From Dimorphilus gyrociliatus (lineage: Eukaryota; Animalia; Annelida), in assembly GCA_904063045.1 (NCBI GenBank), contig CAJFCJ010000006.1:372001-436000 (forward strand): 64,000 nt of DNA, read 5' to 3'. The notes below the pieces were generated by a model. It did not search any database. It was given only the letters and a program-made list of their open reading frames with translations, and had not been told where the DNA came from. Positions 40,330 through 51,404 of this stretch are shown piece after piece. A program made the position numbers and the translations under genes. Positions within the stretch are counted from its first letter, which is position 1. Every line of letters starts with the position of its first letter.

Positions 40330-40832
40330 CCCAACATTTTAATAAAGATAACATCTGAATTTCAATGCGATAATACTAAAATTTTCGTAATATATTTGCG
40401 TTAGGCCTGATATCCAATACGGTTTCGGCCTTGCGGCTTTCTTATAGCATGAATTGTCATATTTTAGTGGTGAAATGAGAAAAGAGGAGTTGTTACTGAG
40501 AGTTGTAAATAGAAATATATTTAATACCTGCTCTAACTTTTGGATTTCTCTATTCACTTTTAAGCGATGCTGTAGTAGTAGCGAATCAAAACATTGACTT
40601 AGCTATCTACTATATATGTATATAATAAACTATCACAATTGTTAGGATTAAATATGACCTGTTATATCTAATGTTTGAGTTGCACTAAATAGATAAAGGT
40701 AAAAATCTTTAAAAGTTTATTTAATGTAGTAGTCAACGCTTATTTCCTTATGTTGGTAAATGTTTTTGAGTGTTTTTCAAGTTATTAGTTTATTTATTTT
40801 AACGCAGGAAATCAGTTAAGGTTCAAGAGGGT

Positions 40833-41660
40833 ATGGAAGTGTCGACTAACGGCAGCAAACTCTTTACGAGAGAATGGATGCCCGAACCTTCAAGTGATAT
40901 CCGAGCAATAATCTTCATATGTCACGGCTTTGCTGAACATAGTGCTTGGTACGAAGAACTAGGTACGATTCTCGCTACAGATAGTTTTCTTTGTTCAGCA
41001 CATGACCATTTTGGGCATGGTAAAAGTGATGGAAAGAAAGGACATGTCAGTGACCTACAAATTTTGGTAGATGATGTTATTAGACATTGCCGAGCTCTAA
41101 AAGAGAAACATCAAAAGAAGCTATTTGTATTGGGCCACTCAATGGGAGGCCTTTTAGCTATATTAGCGGCCTTAGATCAGCCTCAACTATTTGACGGCCT
41201 CATTTTAATTGCACCTTTTTTAAGACCTATCAATGTTCCTACGATTAAAGTCGTCCTAGGCAGAATGGTTTCATACTTAATGCCTAATATGATTGTTCTG
41301 CCAGCTTTGGACGCAAAACTCATTTCTAGAGATGAAGTAGTAGTTGAGCAATACCGCCAGGACGAATTGAACTACCACGGTGGTATAACTGCTAAAACAG
41401 GACAACAATTTCTTTATTATCTTGAAATAGTGGAAAGAAGTATTGATCAACTAAAAACACCAGTTCTCTGTTTACATAGTAAGGGAGATGAAGTTGTACC
41501 TGTTGAATCAGCCAGACTAATAAAAGAAAAAGCTACAAAATGCGAAGATAAGAGGATTGTCGAGTTTGAGACAGGCTTTCATCAACTGCATCATGAACTT
41601 CCTGAGATTAAAAGTCAAGTTTTTAGCGAGATTGCCTCTTGGCTAAATAGTCGGACTTGA
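40833..41660 (+). CDS. MGLL: Monoglyceride lipase-like alpha/beta hydrolase, copy B; coding region uninterrupted
   Basis: ICHGFAEH, HDHFGHGKSDG, GHSMGG, CLHSKGD, GFHQLH. Tandem paralog of copy A. Confidence 0.88.
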   Translation: MEVSTNGSKLFTREWMPEPSSDIRAIIFICHGFAEHSAWYEELGTILATDSFLCSAHDHFGHGKSDGKKGHVSDLQILVDDVIRHCRALKEKHQKKLFVLGHSMGGLLAILAALDQPQLFDGLILIAPFLRPINVPTIKVVLGRMVSYLMPNMIVLPALDAKLISRDEVVVEQYRQDELNYHGGITAKTGQQFLYYLEIVERSIDQLKTPVLCLHSKGDEVVPVESARLIKEKATKCEDKRIVEFETGFHQLHHELPEIKSQVFSEIASWLNSRT

Positions 41661-41734
41661 TTATAATTTTAAATTTTGGTTTTACTTACTAGATTTTAAC
41701 AGATTAATTTTAGATAATAAACATTTACATTATT

Positions 41735-43542
41735 TTACTCAGTTTGCCATTCTTTAAAGAAGTCATTTCCTTTGTTGTCAACAACTATAAAAGCAGGAAA
41801 GTCTTCAACTTCACATTTCCAGACAGCTTCCATGCCAAGTTCTGGATATTCTAGTACCTCGACCTTTTTAATATTATTTTGGGCTAGAATGGCAGCGGGT
41901 CCCCCGATAGAGCCTAAATAGAATCCTCCAAATTCCTGGCACGCTTTTGTGACTTGCTTACTTCTATTCCCTTTTGCTAGCATTACCATACTTCCTCCTG
42001 CTTTTTGAAATTGTCCAACATATGAGTCCATACGTCCTGCGGTGGTTGGACCAAAAGATCCACTAGCATATCCTGCAGGTGTTTTTGCTGGACCAGCGTA
42101 GTAGACTGGATGATTTTTTATATATTCTGGTAAACCGTCGCCGTTGTCTAACCGTTCCTGTAATTTTGCGTGTGCAATATCTCGAGCAACAACAAGAGTA
42201 CCACTTAGACTTAAGCGGGTTTTGATGGGATATTTGCTTAGTTCAGTCAGTATTTCTTTCATGGGCTTATTTAAATTGATTTTAACAACATCACCCCCCA
42301 ACTGTGTAGGTTCTACTTCAGGAAGATATTTCGCTGGATTGGTTTCAAGCTGTTCCAGGAATATTCCATCTTCATTTATTTTACCCAAAATTTGTCTGTC
42401 GGCAGAGCATGAGACACCTATCCCTACAGGACAAGAGGCTCCATGTCTTGGCAATCTAATTACACGCACGTCGTGGCAGAAATATTTTCCGCCGAACTGA
42501 GCACCAATTCCGGTACTTCTACAAATTTGTAATATTTCTTCTTCTAGTTTGTGGTCTCGGAAGGCTCGTCCATGCTCATTTCCTTCAGAATGGAGACCGT
42601 CCAGATATCGACATGATCCCAATTTGACTGTTTTTAAGTTCAATTCAGCTGACGTTCCTCCAATAACAATAGATAGATGGTAGGGTGGACAGGCGGCTGT
42701 TCCTAATGTCTTCACTTTTTCGTCAACAAACTTTAAAAGTTTTTCTGGGTTCAAAAGTGCTTTTGTTTGTTGATAAAGAAAAGTTTTATTTGCTGAGCCA
42801 CCACCTTTTGCTATGAAAAGGAAATTATATTCATTCCCTTGTGTAGCGTATAATTCTATTTGTGCTGGTAAGTTTGTTCCGGTGTTGACTTCCTTATACA
42901 TATCCAAAGGAGCTACTTGAGAGTAGCGCAGGTTTTTAGAGGTGTACGTATTGTAGACTCCTTTCGAAATTGCTTCTTCGTCCTTTCCTTCAGTCCAGAC
43001 ATATTGACCCTTTTTACCTGTAACAAAAAATTGAGATTTTTTCTTATATACGTGAAATTTTACCAACCCATGCAAATAGCAGTTCCCGTGTCTTGACAGC
43101 CTGGTAAGATCATACCAGATGCAATGTTAGCATTTTTTAACAGTTCTAATGCAACAAATTTGTCATTATTTGAAGCTTCTGGATCCTTTAGAATGTTTGA
43201 TAATTGATTTAAATGTCCAGGACGAAGAAGATGGGCAATGTCGATAAAAGCTTGCTCAGAGAGACGGGTTAGGGCTTTCGGCGAAACTTTTAAAATTTTT
43301 TGACCATGCAATTCTTGCACTGTTACACCATCAGCTGTGAATTCGCAAATAATTAGTGGTTGTTAAATGACTACTACCTGAAACTCACATCCTAAGCTTT
43401 TCCATGGAGTATCAACCGGTTTTTCAATAGCAAAGAGATCTTGGTAGGTAAAAGCTTTCAATGATGAAAGTCTTGCTTGCAGAAGAATTGGGTTTTGGAA
43501 AGATCGTACCAAATTGTTACCTAATTTTCTAGCCGAGAGCAT
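41735..43542 (-). CDS. Class I (Fe-S, FumA/FumB-type) fumarate hydratase with mitochondrial-type presequence, 567 aa; 3 exons (43542-43389, 43334-43068, 43017-41735)
   Basis: [56 protein letters not shown]. Exon lengths sum to 1704 nt (568 codons). N-terminus [16 protein letters not shown] is Arg/Ser/Leu-rich with no acidic residues. Confidence 0.93.
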
Positions 43543-45199
43543 TATGCCTGAGAAACAAACAATTTTGTTGTAATCATAATGTGGCCAAACACCAAATTAT
43601 ATTTTTTAAAGATAGATTGGCGGAGAAAGCAATTTTCAACTCTTACCGAAAGCCTTTCTTTCAATTATTAAATTTGACCTCTAGTTTACCAGTTTATTTT
43701 CCCGAGGTCATTGATAGTCCTCCGGAACCGGAAGAATACTTATAAAATTATTAGTTTCAGCAGCAAAATAGATATAATTACAAAATATTTATTATATACA
43801 TGCTTATGTCATATATGCATTAAATATTTTTTACTCTACATTATTTCTGACATTGTCTAATTATTTCTTAGTACCTTCCTTAGTAAAAATTTTGCTGTTT
43901 TAGTGATGGATTCGTTTGTATTTCATTGGCTCCAAGAATTATTTGAAATAGATTGGGCTCTGTCTCTTCAATGCTTTCTTGTCTATAGTTTCTAAAATTT
44001 TTACTATAAGAGAATTTAGAATTCTTTAAGGCCAACTCTGTCAAAAAGAATTTTTTCCCAAGTAATCGAGCTTCCCCTCTTCTACGCAAAGCAGATTGTT
44101 TCTTCTCCTTGAAATTATTCCAATTAGTCTTAACGATTACTCGTAACTATTAAAGGATTTTGTTTAGATTACAATTCTGATGAATTATATGCGTTGGCAA
44201 TACTGATGATAGGAAACAGCATTTTAGATAATAGCAAATCAAGAAATTAGTTCTCTAATAGAATATGTAATCTGTCAAAATCCTTGTTGAAAATTTCTAA
44301 TAAACAAAAACTCTTAATTAGTTTAAAAATAAATGACTTTATTAACAGCATCATTGTTATAATACTAGAATCAACGGGTAAAGGAACGTAATCAGCAATG
44401 TTGATACCAAAGCAAGTGAAATGTCTGATCTTTTCATAATTCTTACAATACGCGTAGCAAAATGGTATGAAGAGTACATAAGTCATTACTGAGGAAATTA
44501 AAACAATTTTTATGATGTCGAAATGTTCCTGTATAATATCATTTTCCTTCACTAATAGATTTGGAACATTTGGGAGAGTATGCATAATTTTGATTTTTAA
44601 ATTTTATACTATGTCAAATGTATATGTTGTATTATTGGAATATATTGTAATATATATATAATATGACAAATAGAAGATATAATTTGAATTACTGATGCGT
44701 CACAAGCTTCCAATAATATTATTAACCATAATAGTATTTGTATTGTATCTTGCTTAGTAAATTTTGTCTGTTATTAATACAACAAAGGGGAAAAAAACGT
44801 AGAGGGGGTAAATGTATGTTTCTCCTCTACTTGATATCGAAATCTAATGGAAATTAAATAAAAATAACACCTGTAATTTAAATGGGAGTTTTTATTATCT
44901 AATCAGAATTCACACACACCCACTAATCTTTGTATATAATTTATTTAACAGATCACTTAAACATTTGAACCATTATTGATTCCTAGACATTTAAAAGTTT
45001 GAAAAATTCTATTCTGAGAAAATTTCAGACAGGTATAAACGATATATTTATGTGCTGAAGGCAAATTACAATAATTAAAATTTAAGTTATTCCTTTTAAT
45101 TCTAATTCTTTTATTTTTATTCCACGTAGCTTCGTTAATGAGAAATTAAGAAATCAAACACTGAATGATAATAAAAAGAATTAAAAAGGAATTATGGTT

Positions 45200-47750
45200 T
45201 AGCAACGGTAAAGGATAAAGCTTATAAATGGTGTAGACTTTTTGGAAGACATAAAATTTTTTAACTATGGCTGGTGTATTGTAAATGCCTGTGGTTTCAT
45301 ATTCAACCTATATACGGTAAATATAGTGTATAAAGCATAATACATGTTTTTTCTAAAACCTATATTTCTTATAAAGGGGAGAGTGACAGCAAAATTGAAA
45401 TAGGCATAATCATACATGGTACCTCTTAAGAATTAATAAAAAATATGATATTGAATTGACTGCTGGTAATTAGTTTTTATTATAAGCTATTTATTAACAT
45501 AAATGTGATAATGCAATTGTAAAACAACAAAAGGTCTTTTTGGGTGAGCTGGCTTCGGTTGGAGCTTTCTATAAGTAGAGGCAATGCAGCAAATTTACGT
45601 TAACTTATTGATTAACTGTTGTGAGTGATCTAATCTTGGTTCTGTTCCATAATTCAGGCAATCTGATATATTTCAACACCTTATGTTCATGTGTATTGGT
45701 ATATGTCACGACTCGCTTCTGTACGAGTCGCGACTTTCCCTTGGGTGTCTTGCGAGCGCTCTGTCCACACATCACTTGCAAGAAACGAAGGAGATAAGCA
45801 GAGTAATACCTCCGAAGTATGGCTATTTAATAAGGAAAATATTTAACGCCAATTTATACTTGATACATAGACAATTCTTAGTTTTGATTTTAATTGGGAG
45901 TCAATTACAACAAGTATAGTTAGAGAAGGAGGTAGGACTTTAGTGACCGCAAACAAACCTCCTTATACAAAGCGGCTATGAACTTGGTTTGACAGAAATA
46001 GACATGAGTAAGGGTTGGATTTTAAAAGATCGATACTTTTCTGACTTATCAAGATCCCAATCCTATTCCCGTCCACTATGTATCAATCTGTACAAATGTT
46101 CTTGTAAAAGAAGATGGAAAATGGCTGATAAAATAGAGGAGTATAAATTATGCTTTTACTGTTGCGATTGAGACAAATGAATCTACAAAACTATATCCTA
46201 CCCTTTGGCTTTTGTTCATCTCAATTATAGACGTTGGCTTGCTCTTTTAAAGTGTATATTTGGGCTTTAAACTATTTGTTATCTAAGTTGGTATTTAATA
46301 TAATTTATCTACATTATATCTATTTTCATTAATTTATGCTTGAACAAGTTTCTCCTCATTGAACGCACATAATTCTTTAGGTACAAGTGGAAGGAGAAAA
46401 AAATTATGGAATAATTATTGGCAATTATAAGAGTAAAACTCTGATATATTTCTTAATTATAGTTGGGGAAATGTTGCCGAGGACAAATCAGCTGTTTAAT
46501 TTGAAACAATTCTAGGTTAAATATTGGATTTTATCTATTTTTTTTGAATGTATTAACTAGAGGTTTAGAGGATTTCCAAAGATAATGATGAGCTTGGCTC
46601 CTTTTCTTCAAGAAGGCGAATCACTATATCGATCGATTACCAAAATAATAACAGCAATCTATTTAGTAATTCATAAACGAAATCTGTGAGAGAGATGACC
46701 TTAGAAATATATGCAACCGGAAATTCTACCAGTCGTGTTCCAGGTGATGGCGTTTCAGGCGTTTTGGATTATAGAAGAGGATAAAGGATGTGACTTTTTG
46801 TTCACAACTGGCGGAGATAATAACTAAGAGGAATGATCCTTATAGTATTATTCTTAATTGTAATCAAGATCAAAAATTTTCTGTAAAAGCTTGCCGTGGT
46901 ACAAACTTTGTAGTAGCTGCTTCACAAGACGGTAGAAACGATAAGACTGAGTTACGAATGAGAATTCAAAGTAACATTGAAAGTAGCGTCAGGCTATTAG
47001 AGCTTTAAGGTGAGATTATCTCTAAAACGACAGAAAGTTATTATTGTGATAGACTTAGGCAGTTGTACATTGTAAGTTAAAGTAGTAAATTTTTATTACA
47101 TTTTGAAGAGAGCTGGCAAGGGATGACTAAATCGTTTCTTAGCCAAAAATTGAAGCAATTTCATATAAGGCATAGCATTATTCTTGGTAATCCTGATAAC
47201 AAAGAGCAAAAATGGAGAATTCATACAAATCAAGGTAGTGCAAAGATTATGTTTACTATAGTTATATATAAGGTTTACCCCGCTATATTGCGGGTCAATC
47301 AGCTGTCACAAATTCCTTTACTGAAGCTGACTGTGTAAAAACAGGGTTATCCGTCAAACTTAAAACCAAAATATCTTTTAGCATTCAAATTAATTCTTTA
47401 GCTTGGATAATAGATCAATAGAGTCACAGCTGAAGATTATTAAATATCCTAGGAATTGAAAATGATACAGAATAGAGGGGATCTAACTTTTAGAAATGTT
47501 CTATCTGATATTCTTAGATGCAATGTATCTCACATGAGCTTTAATCTGTTCCATTTTTAAATTGTTTACAGACATTCCTTATCTAGGAATTTTGGCTCCC
47601 CTTACAACAATTTTTATGAGAAAAGAATTAGATGCTGATCTTATTTCGTTTATTTCTTGTAAAGATCTTAATTCCCTTGAGGACATTAATCTAGTTAGTT
47701 TTTTCACTTGGAACACTAATGATCTTTTTTATTTAGAAATTTGATTAAAT
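45200..47750 (+). pseudogene. Decayed region with several fragments resembling FAMeT (Methyltransf_FA)-type domains, broken by stops and frameshifts
   Basis: VRVGF*KIDTFLTYQDPNPIPVHYVSICT...GKWLIK* (about 46008-46136), NYGIIIGNYKSKTLI (about 46402-46445), FSVKAC...SNIESSVR (46877-46990), SFLSQKLKQFHIRH...KWRIH (about 47130-47225). No continuous ORF. Confidence 0.45.
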
Positions 47751-48280
47751 TAAATTTTCCCACTGCTTATCAGCTAGTGCACTCGACGTTTTTAAGTCTG
47801 AACGTGCCTATCCTATTTTATAGTACAAATCTGATAAATCATCTCAGACTTCGAATAAAAAGTAGACAGCAATAGTAGTTTCCATTACTCTCCGAATTCT
47901 TTCAATACTTGGTATCAATTTAGTATTTCAAGAATGAGACGAAAAAATTAAGGTAATTTTTTAAAAGGATGACCCCAAGGTTATCCTGATTGTATTTTAT
48001 GATTGTATATATTTCTTTTTAAAGAGGTTAAGATACCTATAAAAGACTCGTATCTCAAAGCATAAGAACTTATATTGTAAAAAATGTTATAATATTTTAT
48101 ATATTGAAACAGAAAAGGTATGCCTGATGCAAAATACTCTAAAATAATCATACTGATAGCTTCCAATCAATTATTTTGTAAATCAAAGATTGTAATATGA
48201 TCTCGTTATAATTAATTGGTTGCCATGTAAATGTATAAAATAAATCGATGATATAACATCAATATTTACTAAAATGAATG

Positions 48281-50370
48281 TCAAATGTTTTCTCTTCTCC
48301 ACCACCAACTACTTGTGGTTTTGATTTTTCGAGATTCAGGGTCAGGCGTTTTCCATCTGTTAGGTTTTGGGGTGTGAACTTTTGCAATGGAAGGTAGAGG
48401 AAGGCTATTTAAACGTTTAGATTTTCTCTTTGTTGACTTATTGATCGACTGACCTTCTTTTGTTCGGACCCTCGAAGCTGTCTCTGCCCTTCTTGAAGTT
48501 TTCCAAAAAGAGCTTTCTTCAAAATAGCTACCGAAAGCAAATGTTTTAGGCCTTTGCGGCATAGAAATAGTTGAACGAAAGTGCTCATAAATTAAACGCT
48601 TATTCGTATTCGATTCCGTCTGCAGTTTAGAGGCCTTTGTCATTCTTATAGAGCTAATGTGACTTAAATTAGATTTTGAACGGAGGGGAAGTAATTTGCC
48701 ATTGCTGGTAGAAATGGAAGAGTTCGTATGGTCACTTTCGTTTGATTTCAAACGATTCTCTTTAAGGTCAAATTGACTACCAGCCTCTGACTGTTCCGAA
48801 TCCTCATTTTCTTCTTCGCTCTTGCTTACTTCATCATCTTTATCTTCTCCTGAAAGAAAAACACGTTACAAGTCGATATAAAATGAAAAAAAAATTAAAT
48901 TCAAACCTTCTGTTTCCTCAATGTCCTCTAAATCTGTTGAAATATCAGAATTTGAGTCAACACTAGAGTCACTTGAATGAACATCCTCTGGATCGACTCC
49001 CGATCTTTCTCTTCTTTCTCTACGTCGCCTCCGTCTTTTTTCCCTGTGGAATTAATTACATATTCTATTTAATAGGCTGATAATTTGTTTAAAAATCTCT
49101 GACTCTTTCCGCCTTGCTTTTTCTTTTTCTTCGGGAGTTTTTTTCAATCTTAATTCCCTACTAGGGGGTTTTTCCCATGGCCATAGTGAGTTATTCAAAC
49201 TATCTATTAGATAAACAATATCTGTTAAGCCAACGTCATAGGCCATTTGACGACACGAATCTTCGTAAACATTAGCTACATCATCATCATCGATTTCCTT
49301 CAAGATTAAATTGTTTATTGCTTAATTACAGATAAATATGCTAGGTGAATTTTTACTATTCGGGAAGTTTTAAAGTTGTAATCGATTCCATTATCAATGA
49401 GAAATTCACACATTTCCAACTGACTTTCTCGTATTGCAGCCATTAGAAGATTTTCCTGATACTAACGGGAGAAGGTAAAGTATTTCAGATACTTTAAATA
49501 AGATAATATTTGACTCTTGAGATCAACTAAGTACCTCTTCATGTCATTTTTTAAAATACCGTATGAATTATTGAAGGGTTGTTAAAGGAGAGTATTTAAA
49601 GTGTATGTTATTCAAATTTCTTTGGAAAAGAAGGAAAGAATATTCAAGCTAATTTCTAAAAGAAAACCAAATAAATGACTATAAATTGTATACTCTGGAT
49701 TATCCAGTCAATATTTTCTTGGTCCAGTTATTGATCTTGTTACATATTTTTGTGGATTTTAACATAATGAGATAATAATTTTATAAAATTATAGGGAAAT
49801 AGTGCTATTCTATTTCGTTGCTACCGCCAACAATTGCTATTCAAACGATTCTAGCTAAAGATAGATAGCAGGGATTTCAGTTCGTTGATTGATTGTAAAT
49901 TTCAAAGTTTAAATACAATGACTTAATTCGCCAATCTAAAATGATTCTTACTGAAACTTTGGTTTGAAAGAGCCTAGACTTAGGATAGTACAAGCAGTAA
50001 ATAAGACTCACCCAAACGACGTTAATATCGGCTTCTGGCGCATCAAGAAGATCGTCTATCTCGTTTATATTTCCACATCTTGCCGCTTGAAATAAGGCCT
50101 ATTGAAATATCACATCGAAATAAATATCGGTTCAAAATTATTCTCCACTCACTTTAGTATTATTAGTTAATTCCTCCTCGTCGTCTTGTGATAAATTTGT
50201 TTGTGAATCAATTGGTGATATATCCCTTTCCAGCTAAATATCAATGAGTTATAGTGCTCAAGTATATCTTGTGAAATTAAACATCTGCTCTTACTCACAT
50301 AAGTCTCTTTTTCGTCGTTTTGAATATTTTGGCTACACGGTCTTGAAGAGAACTGCACTCGTCTATCCAT
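48281..50370 (-). CDS. Uncharacterised ankyrin-repeat protein with an acidic/basic low-complexity C-terminal half; about 7 exons
   Basis: ALFQAARCGNINEIDDLLDAPEADINVVW|YQENLLMAAIRESQLEMCEFLIDNGIDY (two ANK-like repeats), then SCRQMAYDVGLTDIVYLID, RRRRRERRER, an acidic tract and a Ser-rich last exon. The exon chain is phase-consistent. Confidence 0.7.
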
Positions 50371-50726
50371 GACGTCTAAGTGTAGTGTCAAACTTTCACA
50401 AAATCAATTGCATTTGTATTGATTTTTCATTCAAATGTTTAAGTACGTATTTGATTGAGGTGCTAATGATTGATCAATAATCTGCCGATTTGGTGATATT
50501 TCGCAGATATCAGGACATTTAATGGAGTAATGTGTTTGAGACATAAAATAAAATTGTGTACGTAGTCAACGCTGTATTGACAACGTTATATTGACAAGAG
50601 TTATTCCCTTTCTTTCGTTCGATCGTATCCTCTGTATTCATTTATTCACGAATGATTTGGCTTATGGATGGTCCAGAACAGTAAAATTTTCTCATATTTA
50701 CATGTATTTCATACTCTTACATGCTC

Positions 50727-50840
50727 TATATATATATATATATATATATAGTGTTCGTATATTGATATATGTATGTATACTATCTATGAAAAATATACTG
50801 CATATATATACGTTTTAATATGTATATAGAGATGGATGGA

Positions 50841-50868
<28 letters not shown>
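50727..50868. repeat. Two (TA)n microsatellites (50727-50750, 50841-50868)
   Basis: Pure dinucleotide runs of about 12 and 14 units. Confidence 0.9.
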
Positions 50869-50871
<3 letters not shown>

Positions 50872-51404
50872 ATTTATAAATATAGACAATGACTAGAAGA
50901 TAATCATAACTCGCGAAGACAAATAAACTTTGCAGTGAATACATCGTATTAGGGTCACAATTAGAAAACTTAAATGATACTGGATAAGCCATGAGTCACG
51001 ACACCAATTTTGTTTTAGCAAAATAAAGAAGGCTAACAATAACACTCAAAACGCTAATTAGGTTCTAAGAAGTTAAATAATTAGGCATTTAGTTACTAAT
51101 AAGCATATAAAATAACATTGATGTATATCATTTTAAAATACTGTTAGCTTACACATGAGTGCTATAATATATAAGCTGTACATTGACAAAATTTAAGAAA
51201 TCAAGGACGAAAGTGACTGAAATTTTGTTCAAGATTCAATTAAATGACAATTTTTTTTGTACAATATTCCGACCCGACGAAATAAGCGAAACTTAACAAA
51301 ACGTACTCGATTGATTATTAATAAATTACTTAAAAAAAGACTGAGATTCTTCTTTGGAATGAACATATTATCCAGCAAAATACATAATGCTTAAATTAGT
51401 TCTC

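Noticed and set aside
41735-43542. Class I fumarase as bacterial contamination
   Set aside because: It has two canonical spliceosomal introns, a presequence, host-like base composition and sits between animal genes.
45520-45760. Minus-strand strings resembling RNase P/MRP conserved regions (GGGAAAGTC, TGGAACAGA, ACCCAA..GAC)
   Set aside because: The putative CR-I and CR-V cannot form the P4 helix and the spacing deviates from consensus.
45979-45981. In-frame TGA in the FAMeT-like region as selenocysteine or readthrough
   Set aside because: The position fits a Trp better than a Cys, and nearby TAA stops and frameshifts point to decay or sequence error; no SECIS was recognised.
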